Positions 17,510 through 25,874 of a DNA stretch of 64,000 nt are shown here, in pieces. Both the position numbers and the translations under genes were made by a program. The stretch spans positions 11,641 to 75,640 of the forward strand of contig CAVYPZ010000002.1 in the NCBI GenBank assembly GCA_963770535.1, written 5' to 3'. Position 1 is the first letter of the stretch; each line of letters opens with the position of its first letter. The notes under the pieces were generated by a model, which ran no database searches, had not been told where the DNA came from, and worked only from the letters and a program-made list of their open reading frames with translations. The stretch comes from an uncultured Actinomycetes bacterium. Its GTDB lineage: Bacteria; Actinomycetota; Actinomycetes; Streptosporangiales; Streptosporangiaceae.

Positions 17510-18039
17510 CGGGGCCTCATTACCCTCGTCGCTGCTTGCAATTGTGAGCGCTGTGCTCGGCCGTTACGCGTGATGTGCCACCTGTACGCGTGATGTGCCA
17601 CCTGCAGGAGAACAAAGGGCGCGCGCCGGGTGAGGCGTAATCAAGTACCGCCTGAGCCGTCCCGCTCGACCACCCGCGAACGCCCGGGGGCCAGCATGGT
17701 GAGGCCCCGTCGCACACCGCTACCGCTTTCCTGATGACCTCGCCGTCGTCGGTCGCCCCGGGTGCGACGGTGATGTGGCACCCTGGCCGCCGGAACTGGT
17801 TGGCCGCCGTCCGAGCTGATCCTCGGACACGTAAACCACACTACGCTAGTCACCTAAAACTAGCAATGAAATTCAAGAATAAGAATTCGAGCTTTTCCTT
17901 AACAGGCCGTAACGTCCCACCAGTCATTCCGGGCCACTCGCCTGCCTAATGACAACCCCCGGTAGGGGTTGCCTGGCGGGTTCCGGCGCCGGCGGAGCAA
18001 GGCGCCCTGATGGCTGCGAAGCACCAATCACCAAATGCT

Positions 18040-18150
18040 GCCGCTAGCTGGGGACGAACCCGCTCCACGCACGAAAGCCCAGGCCAGGGCAGCGATCCTG
18101 GCCTGCGCTTTGATCGTTCCGGGCATTTCCGGGTCCTCTTACGTGCAAGT
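18040..18150 (+). repeat. att relic H: last ~12 nt of the tRNA core + P' arm
   Basis: GACGAACCCGCTCCA then CGCACGAAAGCCCAGGCCAGGGCAGCGATCCTGGCCTGCGCTTTGATCGTTCCGGGCATTTCC. This aligns with unit A, ..CACCCGCTC TCATCGTGAAGGCCCAGGCCAGGGACGG..GGGCCTTGATCGTTCCGGGATC. Confidence 0.65.
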
Positions 18151-18197
18151 GTCTATCCGCTCGACAGTTGTAGTGTCTAGCCGCTAGATATATTCGG

Positions 18198-18422
18198 GTG
18201 AAGGCTCGCGAGGTGAACCGGAAGATCGAGCGGCTCGGGGGTGTCATGGTCCGCCAGGTCGGATCGCACCGACGTTACGTGGTGGCCCTCACTGATGACA
18301 CTGGGGCGGAAGAGAAGGTGGCGGCCACGGTCCCGCAGCGGGCGGGCGACCTCCCGGCCGGGACCCTGCGCGCCATCGCGCGCGATCTAGAGGCGGCATT
18401 AGGAAAGGGATGGCTGCGGTGA
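18198..18422 (+). CDS. hicA: HicA-family mRNA interferase toxin
   Basis: 74 aa. ..KIERLGGVMVRQVGSHRRYV.. is the HicA GSH motif. Toxin-first order and a 13-nt overlap with hicB. Confidence 0.8.
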   Translation: MKAREVNRKIERLGGVMVRQVGSHRRYVVALTDDTGAEEKVAATVPQRAGDLPAGTLRAIARDLEAALGKGWLR

Positions 18423-18820
18423 GCGCCGATACGTATCGCGTAATCGTCACCCGTGAAGACGGCCGCTGGCTCGCTGACGTTCCTTCCCTGGAAGGTGCCC
18501 ACACCTGCGCCCGCAGCCTGCCAACCCTGGACCAGTCGGTGAGAGAGGTTGTGGTCCTGGCCGCCGACCTGCCCGACGAGGCAATGCCCAGTCTCGTACT
18601 GGACTACGAGTACCACACTGGTGATGCCAGCCTCGACGCCACCGCGCAGGAGGTTCGCCAGCTACGCCGCGAGGCCGACGAGCTCGCTGCCGCGGCTGCC
18701 ACCCGCACCGGCCGGGCCGCCTCCGAGCTGGTTGCCAGGGGATTGTCAGTCCGCGATGTCGCCGCCCTGCTCGGCATCAGCCCCCAGCGCGTCTCCCAGC
18801 TCACGGCCCGGGCAAGCTGA
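18410..18820 (+). CDS. hicB: HicB-family antitoxin with C-terminal HTH
   Basis: The N-terminal YRVIVTREDGRWLADVPSLEGAHTCARSL.. is HicB-like. C-terminal ..GLSVRDVAALLGISPQRVSQL is an HTH. Confidence 0.75.
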   Translation: MAAVSADTYRVIVTREDGRWLADVPSLEGAHTCARSLPTLDQSVREVVVLAADLPDEAMPSLVLDYEYHTGDASLDATAQEVRQLRREADELAAAAATRTGRAASELVARGLSVRDVAALLGISPQRVSQLTARAS

Positions 18821-18847
18821 GCTGCCCAACTGCTCCGAACCGCACCA

Positions 18848-18920
18848 AAATCGCCGTGCAATTAGCCCCAGTAACCAGGGACCGGTCAGGGGGCTGGCCA
18901 CCACAGCGCCGCGGCGCTAG
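18848..18920 (+). repeat. att relic F: arm motif + truncated P arm
   Basis: AATCGCCGTGCAATTAGCCCCAGTAACCAGGGACCGGTCAGGGGGCTGG. It shares the ATC(A/G)CCGTGCAATTAGCC start with units B and E. Confidence 0.6.
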
Positions 18921-18953
18921 GCTCCGCTACATCGTGCTGGTGGGGAGGCGACG

Positions 18954-19424
18954 GTGACAGCGGAGCCGGAAGACCAGATGGCGATAGCCGCTGGCCGCAG
19001 CCACCTCAGGGCATCTCATGCTGACCGCGAGCACGTAATCGACATGCTGAAGGCCGCCTTTGTGCATGGCCGGGTTACCAAAGACGAGTTTGATGCGCGG
19101 GTCGGCCAGGCATTCGCGTCGCGGACCTATGCGCAGCTGGCCGCAGTTACCGCCGACATCCCCGGCAGGCAGATCGCGGACCAGCCGCCGGGCAACCCGG
19201 CCCGCGCGCGGGGTCGGCTGACGATGAGCCATGCAGCCAAGGCCCGCCGATGTGTGGTCATTGCGCTGGCCATGATGACGGTGGCCACGTTCGCCCCCGA
19301 CGGTCCCGCGCTCCTCCTAATGGCGCCTCTGTGTCTGACGGCTTTGATGGTTGCCGCGGCCCAGATTCTCGCCTCCCAGCACGACAAGCGTTCCCGTGAT
19401 CAGCTAGCGGGGCCCAGCACCTAG
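18954..19424 (+). CDS. DUF1707 (SHOCT-like) domain membrane protein
   Basis: LRASHADREHVIDMLKAAFVHGRVTKDEFDARVGQAFASRTYAQLAAVTADIP is the DUF1707 signature. C-terminal TM helices follow. The GTG start is preceded by GGGGAGG. Confidence 0.75.
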   Translation: MTAEPEDQMAIAAGRSHLRASHADREHVIDMLKAAFVHGRVTKDEFDARVGQAFASRTYAQLAAVTADIPGRQIADQPPGNPARARGRLTMSHAAKARRCVVIALAMMTVATFAPDGPALLLMAPLCLTALMVAAAQILASQHDKRSRDQLAGPST

Positions 19425-19691
19425 CGCAGGGCGGTGAGCGTCCCAGCGCCAGCGCCTGCCGCCGAACCGAACAGCTCCCACAGATCAGCCGCACCCCCCG
19501 ACACAGCCGAATCTGGGTGGCCCGAGCCCCCGGAGGCTGCGTGTCCGGGTCACCAAAGGCCCCGGCTCCCGGGGGCGGGCCGCCGAATCGGCGTCAGGAC
19601 ACATCCCTGGCGGCGGCGTCCAGCGCCACCTGCGCCGCGAAGCATCTGGCAGGATGTCGGCAGCTACCTGAACGGCCTGGGGAGGAGACCT

Positions 19692-20135
19692 GTGCCTGTC
19701 CGCTTTCAGCTGGTCATCGACTGTGCCGACCCGGACCGGCTGGCCCGGTTCTGGGCTGCCGCGCTCGGTTATGAGCTCGCGCCGGTCCCGGCTGGATTCG
19801 CTACCTGGAACGACTTCTACCGCGAGCTGGGGGTGCCCGAGGGGGAGCTGGTCGACGGGGCGGACAGGATCAGCGACCCGGAGGGCCGCGGGCCGGGCAT
19901 CTGGTTCCATGTCGTCCCGGAGGCCAAGGCGGTCAAGAACCGGCTGCACCTCGACATCCACGCTAGTGGCGAGCGGACGGACCCGATCGAGACTCGCAGG
20001 AAGCGAGTCGACGCGGAGGCGGACCGGCTGGCCGGCCTCGGCGCCACCATCACTGGCGCATTGCCTGAGGAAGGGCTGGACCACTACGCGGTCGGGATGA
20101 AGGACCCGGAAGGCAACGAGTTCGATATCAACTGA
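19692..20135 (+). CDS. VOC/glyoxalase-like domain protein
   Basis: GTG at 19692 follows GGAGGAG. ..FQLVIDCADPDRLARFWAAALGYEL.., ..GIWFHVVPEAKAVKNRLHLDIH.., ..YAVGMKDPEGNEFDI. Confidence 0.75.
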   Translation: MPVRFQLVIDCADPDRLARFWAAALGYELAPVPAGFATWNDFYRELGVPEGELVDGADRISDPEGRGPGIWFHVVPEAKAVKNRLHLDIHASGERTDPIETRRKRVDAEADRLAGLGATITGALPEEGLDHYAVGMKDPEGNEFDIN

Positions 20136-20529
20136 CCGTGGAGCAGCGCAAGCGTCGTAGCCGCCTGGCACGCGCAGAAACCGGAGGCTCGCCTGCAGAT
20201 GCGCCTCCTCGGGCTGCCCATTGCCGGGCGCCCGTGCTTCGCCGGGGAACACACCCAGAGCGCGCCTCGTTTACCCCGACGGTGCCTTCTGCAGCGGTAT
20301 CCGCTAAGCCAAGCGCCTCCTCCGGTCACCAAGCGTGCAGTCCCCAATTGGGATCAGCTGAGCTGGTGTCACCCCAGGTAAAATGAGGGCCATTTGCCGG
20401 GCGCGCCATAACGTCCGCCGGTGCGGGCCTGGAGCCTGCGCCACATTCTCGAGCTTAACGGCCTCAAGCGCCAGGATGCCGCTGACGCAGAGCAGCAGGG
20501 CGCCCACGGGCCGACGCTACATCGCGGCT

Positions 20530-21093
20530 TCACGCACGCAACTCGCCAGGCAGCAGGCTGTAGATCACACTGTCACGGCGCGCCTCCTTGAAGGGGATGT
20601 GGGAACGAAGGAGGCCCTCACGGGCAAACCCGCAGCGTTCGGCCACATGCTGTGATGCCTCGTTATCGGGGCTGCAGGTCAGTTCCAGCCGGGGCAGCCC
20701 CAGCTCAGCGAACGCCCACCGGGCAAGCAGGCGGACGGCATGCGCGGCGGCACAATGGCCCCGGGCGGCGGGCCCGAGCCAGTAACCAACCGATGCGCAG
20801 CCCTGGGCCTGGCGAACGTCGTACGGCGACTCACCGCCTAGCACCACGTCCTGGTCACCTGGTTCGGCCAGCGCGAAGTTCAGTTCCTCGCCCCGCAAAC
20901 GGGCTTTCTCTTGCTCAGCGAGGTAGCCCTGAGCGTCAGCCTCGGTAAACGGAGTAGTACGCGGCCACGAGAACCTCTGCACCACCGGATCGCTGAACCC
21001 AGCCAGCAGGCGCGGTACGTCGGCTTCACGCCAGGGACGCAGCAGCACCACTTCGCCGGCCAACGGCGGCACGGGAACCCAAAGCTCGGCCAT
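20530..21093 (-). CDS. GNAT N-acetyltransferase (RimJ/RimL-like)
   Basis: ..VVLLRPWREADVPRLLAGFSDP.., ..VGYWLGPAARGHCAAAHAVRLLARWAFAELGLPRLELTCSPDNEASQHVAERCGFAREGLLR.. Confidence 0.85.
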   Translation of the reverse strand: MAELWVPVPPLAGEVVLLRPWREADVPRLLAGFSDPVVQRFSWPRTTPFTEADAQGYLAEQEKARLRGEELNFALAEPGDQDVVLGGESPYDVRQAQGCASVGYWLGPAARGHCAAAHAVRLLARWAFAELGLPRLELTCSPDNEASQHVAERCGFAREGLLRSHIPFKEARRDSVIYSLLPGELRA

Positions 21094-21107
21094 GCCGAAA
21101 TGATCTC

Positions 21108-21180
21108 AGCTAGCCAGCCACGGGTCCTGGCGGTGCCCGGCCCCGGCTGGTCAGCGGCCGTAGCCGCATCGGGCGTGCCC
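21108..21180 (+). repeat. att relic G: inner P-arm fragment, right-most copy
   Basis: AGCCAGCCACGGGTCCTGGCGGTGCCCGGCCCCGGCTGGTCAGCGGCCGTAGCC aligns with unit B (AGCCAGCCACGGGTACTGACGGTGCTCGG..GGCTGGTCAGCGG) and unit E. It is followed by an AT-rich promoter-like stretch. Confidence 0.55.
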
Positions 21181-21329
21181 AACGGGTTATATGCCTATTT
21201 TAGGGATATATAGAAGTTGCCCCGCTCGCTCTGCAGGGGGTCATAAAGAGGGCTTTGGCCTCTGATTCTGCGGAGTCACGGCGGATAACTTGAAGAACAG
21301 AGCATAAGAGCCCAGGGGAAAACTCAGAA

Positions 21330-22655
21330 ATGAGAACCTCATCACGCCGGGAACAGGCCAGGGAACGGAGGCTGCGGTTGATGGAGACATCGGCAGTCCT
21401 CGCCAGCGCGCAGGACCAGGTAATCAGCGAAGTGGTTACCTTGCTCGAGCGAGGCGATCAAGCACATCGTGATGCTTCCAGCCCGGAGCAGCGCCGTCGT
21501 GACGTGCGGCATCTGTTCGAGCTCGTCCTGCGGTGCGTCCACGAGGGCAGCGCCGAGTCGATCATCACGCCGTCTCAGCAGATCGCCGCGCGCAGTTTCG
21601 CTGCCGGCGCCGACTTTGCGGAGGTCCAGGGGGCATTCAACATCCTGGAGGAGGTGCTCTGGCGGCATGTCGCCGGCGCCTTCGACGGCGACCAGCGGGT
21701 CGAGGCGCTCGGGCTCGTGAACGGGGTTCTCGAGGAGGGGAAAGATACGCTAGCCCGAACCTACGTGGCCCTGGCCAGCCGGGCGGGCAGCCCGTTGAGC
21801 CAGCAGCCAGCAGCTGCGGCGGACGATGGCAAGGCAGGCATCGCCGGCGCGCTGGCCGTGGATGATGGCCGGGCGGGCGCCGTCGTCCGGACCGAACTGC
21901 TCGGGCGAGTGGGCATCATCACCCTTGATGACCAGCGGAAGCGCAACGCTATCAGCGCCCGGATGGCGAACGGCGTCATCGCCGCGCTCGCCAGCCTGCA
22001 AGCCCAGCACGCGCGCGCCGTTGTGCTCCGTGCCGCGGCGGGAGCGGATGTCTGGTCTGCTGGCCATGACATCGGCGAGCTTCCCCGGGGGCGCCGCGAC
22101 CCGCTTGGCTACAACGATCATCTCGAAGGACTCCTGCGCGCGATCCGCAGCTTCCCTGCGCCGGTCATCGCCATGGTGCACGGCACGGTGTGGGGCGGAG
22201 CGCTGGACCTGGTGCTCAGCTGCGACCTGGTCACCGCTGACGAGACGGCGTCGTTCGCCATCACCGCCGCGAACCTGGGACTGCCGTACAACACCACCGG
22301 GCTGCTCCACTTCATCGGGCGGCTGCCCATCAATCTCATCAAAGAGATGTTCTTCACCGCCGCGCCTCTCGACGCCCAGAAGGCGCGGGAATGGCTGCTC
22401 ATCAACTACCTGGTGGGGTCAGCGGAGCTTGAGGCGTTCACCCTCGAGCTAGCCGCGACGATAGCGACGAAGTCACCCATGGCGATGGCGGTAATCAAGG
22501 AACAGCTTCATGTCCTTGCTGACTACCAGCCCATCGCGGCGCAGGTGTACGAACGTATCCAGGGGCTGCGACGGGAGGCTTACGACAGCAGCGACTATCT
22601 CGAAGGCCTCAACGCCTTCGCCGAGAAACGCCAGCCGAACTTCCGGGGCACCTGA
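21330..22655 (+). CDS. crotonase-fold enzyme closely resembling methylmalonyl-CoA decarboxylase (ScpB/YgfG), with a ~185-aa helical N-terminal extension
   Basis: The C-terminal 255 aa track E. coli YgfG motif by motif: SAGHDIGELPRGRRDPLGYNDHL, HGTVWGGALDLVLSCDL, NLGLPYNTTG, KSPMAMAVIKEQL, ERIQGLRREAYDSSDYLEGLNAFAEKRQPNF. The N-terminal part is one continuous frame with coding-like third-position GC. Confidence 0.8.
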   Translation: MRTSSRREQARERRLRLMETSAVLASAQDQVISEVVTLLERGDQAHRDASSPEQRRRDVRHLFELVLRCVHEGSAESIITPSQQIAARSFAAGADFAEVQGAFNILEEVLWRHVAGAFDGDQRVEALGLVNGVLEEGKDTLARTYVALASRAGSPLSQQPAAAADDGKAGIAGALAVDDGRAGAVVRTELLGRVGIITLDDQRKRNAISARMANGVIAALASLQAQHARAVVLRAAAGADVWSAGHDIGELPRGRRDPLGYNDHLEGLLRAIRSFPAPVIAMVHGTVWGGALDLVLSCDLVTADETASFAITAANLGLPYNTTGLLHFIGRLPINLIKEMFFTAAPLDAQKAREWLLINYLVGSAELEAFTLELAATIATKSPMAMAVIKEQLHVLADYQPIAAQVYERIQGLRREAYDSSDYLEGLNAFAEKRQPNFRGT

Positions 22656-22677
22656 CACTGCTCCGGGCAGGCCGCCG

Positions 22678-23352
22678 CTAGGTTAGAGCACCGATGGCGT
22701 CGCCGATGAGCTTGGCCGCGATGACCAGGCACAGGACGGTCATGATGACGGCGTTGTGCTCGCTCATCCAGTCCTTGAGCCCGGCCAGAAGCTTTGCTGA
22801 CCGGGTGCCCATGACGAAGTAGATTCCGACAGGGGTCGCAACGCCCAGGGACGCGATGAGGGCGAAGACCAGGTACGCGATGGCCTGCTGGCCGCCGGGG
22901 ATCCCGGTCTGGGCGATCGCTGCGGCGCCCGCGACGGCCAGCAGCAGGTTCTTGGGGTTGGCGCCGGACAAGGCGGCGGCGAGGCCCAGCGCCGTCAGGG
23001 GGGTGGCCTTGTCGATCGAGGCCATCCAGGTGGGCATGTGCGGCTGTTCGCCGCTGCGGGGACGGGAGCGGAACTGGCGGGCCGCGACCAGGAGCAGCAG
23101 GACACCGAGGGCGATCTTGAGCCAGCTGACCCAGCTAGCCGGGGAACCGGATTTGCTGGCTCCGGCCGGCCCGGCTAGGGCCAGGACGATCGCGCCGATG
23201 ATACCCAGGCCGATCAGCCAGCCCAGCACGAACGCCGGGCCGTTGACGCGGGCTTTCTGGCTGGTGAGCATGAGGACGACGGCGATGATGGGGATCGGGC
23301 TGAGCGCGATGCCGGCCGCCAGCGGCAGTGATCCTCCGATGGCCTGTCCCAT
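22678..23352 (-). CDS. GAP-family (Sap-like) membrane protein
   Basis: MGQAIGGSLPLAAGIALSPIPIIAVVLMLTS.., six hydrophobic segments, and a central basic loop ..RQFRSRPR... Family name from memory. Confidence 0.65.
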   Translation of the reverse strand: MGQAIGGSLPLAAGIALSPIPIIAVVLMLTSQKARVNGPAFVLGWLIGLGIIGAIVLALAGPAGASKSGSPASWVSWLKIALGVLLLLVAARQFRSRPRSGEQPHMPTWMASIDKATPLTALGLAAALSGANPKNLLLAVAGAAAIAQTGIPGGQQAIAYLVFALIASLGVATPVGIYFVMGTRSAKLLAGLKDWMSEHNAVIMTVLCLVIAAKLIGDAIGALT

Positions 23353-23650
23353 CAGTTCTCCTTAGCTGGTTCATCGGCTGGCCGGCCCGTGACCACGGCA
23401 ACGGCCTCCTGGACAGTGCGGTGATAGGGGGAGCAGCGTCCTGGCTGGTCACCGCGCCGACCATGTCGCGGACCTTCCCGATCTCCCCGGCGAGCACCAG
23501 GCGTACACCCCGGTTTCCCAGGTCCGCCGAAAGTCCGCCAGCGCCTCGGGCACCAGCACCGCCCACACGGTCAGCCCGGCGACCACATCATCACGCAGCC
23601 ACCCGGCCGGGTAACCGTGCAGCGAGGTGAAGACCGGCAGGCGGATCCGC
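23352..23650 (-). pseudogene. SulP-family anion transporter relic (N-terminus joined to STAS tail by internal deletion, plus frameshift)
   Basis: ..LHGYPAGWLRDDVVAGLTVWAVLVPEALA (SulP N-terminus) is followed directly by ..NRGVRLVLAGEIGKVRDMVGA.. / ..YHRTVQEAVAVVTGRPADEPAKEN* (STAS C-terminus). Its stop TGA overlaps the ATG of the GAP gene. Confidence 0.6.
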
Positions 23651-23678
23651 GTGGCGGGGAAGCCGTTCCCCGCAGGGC

Positions 23679-25493
23679 TCACGGCGTGACGATGGGAAAC
23701 GCCGGGTCCGGGGTGTCGAGCAAGGCCATCAGCCTGCCGAGCGCTCCCGGGTCGCCGGTGTGCCCGATCCCGTCCAGTCCCCGCCCGGATAGCAGCCCCA
23801 GCAGCTGTTCCTTGGTCAGGGTCAGCGTCAGGTCGGCGGCCACCTTGCCCCTGGGGTTCTCGGTCTGGATGAGTGCCCCGTTGGACAGGGCGAGCCGCAC
23901 TGTGGTGCCGGTGTCGGTGAAATGCCACTCGATGACCAGGGCCTGGCTGGCGGCGCGAGGGCCATCTACCCGGATGGCCAGGGTGTCGAAGAGCTGCTCG
24001 ACCGTCAGTGCTCCGGCCATGCCCGCGCCGAGGTCACCGAGCGGCGCGGGCTTGATGCCGTGTCGCAGTTCCAGCGCGCCGGAAAGGTAGAAACTGCGCC
24101 AGGTGGCGTTCTCAGCGCCGTAACCCAGCCGCTCATAGACTCCGGCGAGCGCTTCCCGCGCGATGGTGTCATCGGGGTCGGCGAATACGGCGTGCTTGAG
24201 CAGCTCGGCGGCGAACCGCAGGTCGCCGGCGTCAGCGTATGACCTGGCCTTGTCGAGCACGGCTCGCTGGCCGCCGATGACGTCCACGTAGCGGGCCGCC
24301 GCGGCCTGCGGCGGGTGCTGCCACAGCGAGGTCGGGTTCCCGTCGAACCAGCCCATGTACCGCTGGTAGATCGCTTTGACGTTATGACTGACGGACCCGT
24401 AATAGCCGTGGGCATGCCAGGCGGCCTCCAGGGCCGGGGGCAGCTGGAGATCCTCGGCGATCTCCATGCCGGTGGAGCCGTTGTTGAGCATCCGGAGCGC
24501 CTGGTCGTGCAGGTAGGCGTACAGGTCGCGCTGCTGGGACAGGAAGCTGATGACGTTCCCGGCGCCCCAGGTCGGCCAGTGGTGGGAGGCGAACGCGACG
24601 TCCGTGTCGGCGCCGAACAGCTCGATGGCCTCATCGAGATAGCGGGACCATAGCCGCGGGTCGCGGACCAGGGCACCCCGCAGGGTCAGCAGGTTGTGCA
24701 GGTTGTGAGTGGCGTTCTCGGCCATGCACAGCGCCCGCTGGGCCGGGAAGAAGAAGTTCATCTCGGCGGGTGCCTCGGTACCGGGGGTGATCTGGAAGAC
24801 CATCCGCACCCCGTCGATGACCTCTTCCTGACCGGTGTGGGTGATGTCTGTGGTCGGCGCGATCAGGCCCAGCGAGCCCGCCGAGGTCGCGATGCCCAGG
24901 CCGGTGCTGACCTGCCCGGTCGGGCTCCTGTCCAGGACCGCGCCGTACATGTAAACCGCGCGCCGGTTCATCGCCACCCCGGCGTAGACGTTCTCCGATA
25001 CCGCGTGCTCCAGGAACCCCTCCGGGGCGAGGATGGGAACCTCCCCGGCGCCGTCGGGCAGCACGCCTTTCACGCCGCCGAAGTGATCCGCGTGCGAATG
25101 GGTATAGATCACGCCCGTCACCGGCCGGTTCCCGCGGTTCTTGCGGTAGAGCGCAATGGCGGCCGCGGCGGTCTCAGCGGAGATCAGCGGGTCGATCACG
25201 ATCACGCCGGTGTCGCCCTCGACGATCGTCATGTTCGAGATATCCATTCCGCGGACCTGGTAGATGCCGTCCGTCACCTCGAACAGGCCATGCTTGGCGC
25301 ACAGCTGCGCCTGCCGCCACAGGCTCGGGTTCACCGTCGCCGGGCATTCCCCGTCCAGGTAGGAGTACGCCTCCAGGTCCCACACCACCCGGCCATCCGC
25401 GGCCTTCACCACACACGGATCAAGCGAGTCGACCCGGCCGCGCTCGGCGTTCTCGAAATCGGCCCGGTCCTGGAACGGCAGATCGCTCATCAT
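23679..25493 (-). CDS. MBL-fold alkyl/aryl-sulfatase (SdsA1/YjcS/BDS1 type)
   Basis: Metal motif YTHSHADHFGG. The N-terminal ..FENAERG..LWRQAQLCAKHGLFEV..IYQVRG is typical. A dimerisation region and an SCP2-like C-terminal domain follow. Start taken at MMSDLPF (25493). Confidence 0.85.
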   Translation of the reverse strand: MMSDLPFQDRADFENAERGRVDSLDPCVVKAADGRVVWDLEAYSYLDGECPATVNPSLWRQAQLCAKHGLFEVTDGIYQVRGMDISNMTIVEGDTGVIVIDPLISAETAAAAIALYRKNRGNRPVTGVIYTHSHADHFGGVKGVLPDGAGEVPILAPEGFLEHAVSENVYAGVAMNRRAVYMYGAVLDRSPTGQVSTGLGIATSAGSLGLIAPTTDITHTGQEEVIDGVRMVFQITPGTEAPAEMNFFFPAQRALCMAENATHNLHNLLTLRGALVRDPRLWSRYLDEAIELFGADTDVAFASHHWPTWGAGNVISFLSQQRDLYAYLHDQALRMLNNGSTGMEIAEDLQLPPALEAAWHAHGYYGSVSHNVKAIYQRYMGWFDGNPTSLWQHPPQAAAARYVDVIGGQRAVLDKARSYADAGDLRFAAELLKHAVFADPDDTIAREALAGVYERLGYGAENATWRSFYLSGALELRHGIKPAPLGDLGAGMAGALTVEQLFDTLAIRVDGPRAASQALVIEWHFTDTGTTVRLALSNGALIQTENPRGKVAADLTLTLTKEQLLGLLSGRGLDGIGHTGDPGALGRLMALLDTPDPAFPIVTP

Positions 25494-25874
25494 GCCCCTT
25501 GCTCGTGGAAGTCCCCGGCGTACCGGTCTTCGACGCCGCAAGCCCGGCGGGATGGGGAAACCGGGTACACGAGGCAAGTATCACACCAGCCTCTTCCCAT
25601 CACCCGGCGGCCTCACCCGAGATGGGTGAGGACCATGGTGCTGCGGGTGCGGAGGACCATCACGCTGAAGCAGGCCATCGCGGCTGGCGCCAGCCGCGCG
25701 AAGTACGCCGTCGCCAGGCCCTCCGCCCAGTGCTCGCCGCCGAGATACCAGCCGGGCACGGGCTGGTTTACGCTGACGGGGGCCAAGATCATGAAATACG
25801 GCCAGATATGACCACACAGCGTCTTCCGCTGACCTGCCCATCCGGTACTGGCGGCGAACACGACTGGAGGCCTC

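Noticed and set aside
1487-21180. Classical integron (IntI + attI + attC cassettes).
   Set aside because: - No IntI-type integrase or attI site is present.
- The repeats are tRNA-derived rather than attC-like imperfect palindromes.
- Gene orientations are mixed.
- Modules carry their own regulators.
The analogy is only functional.
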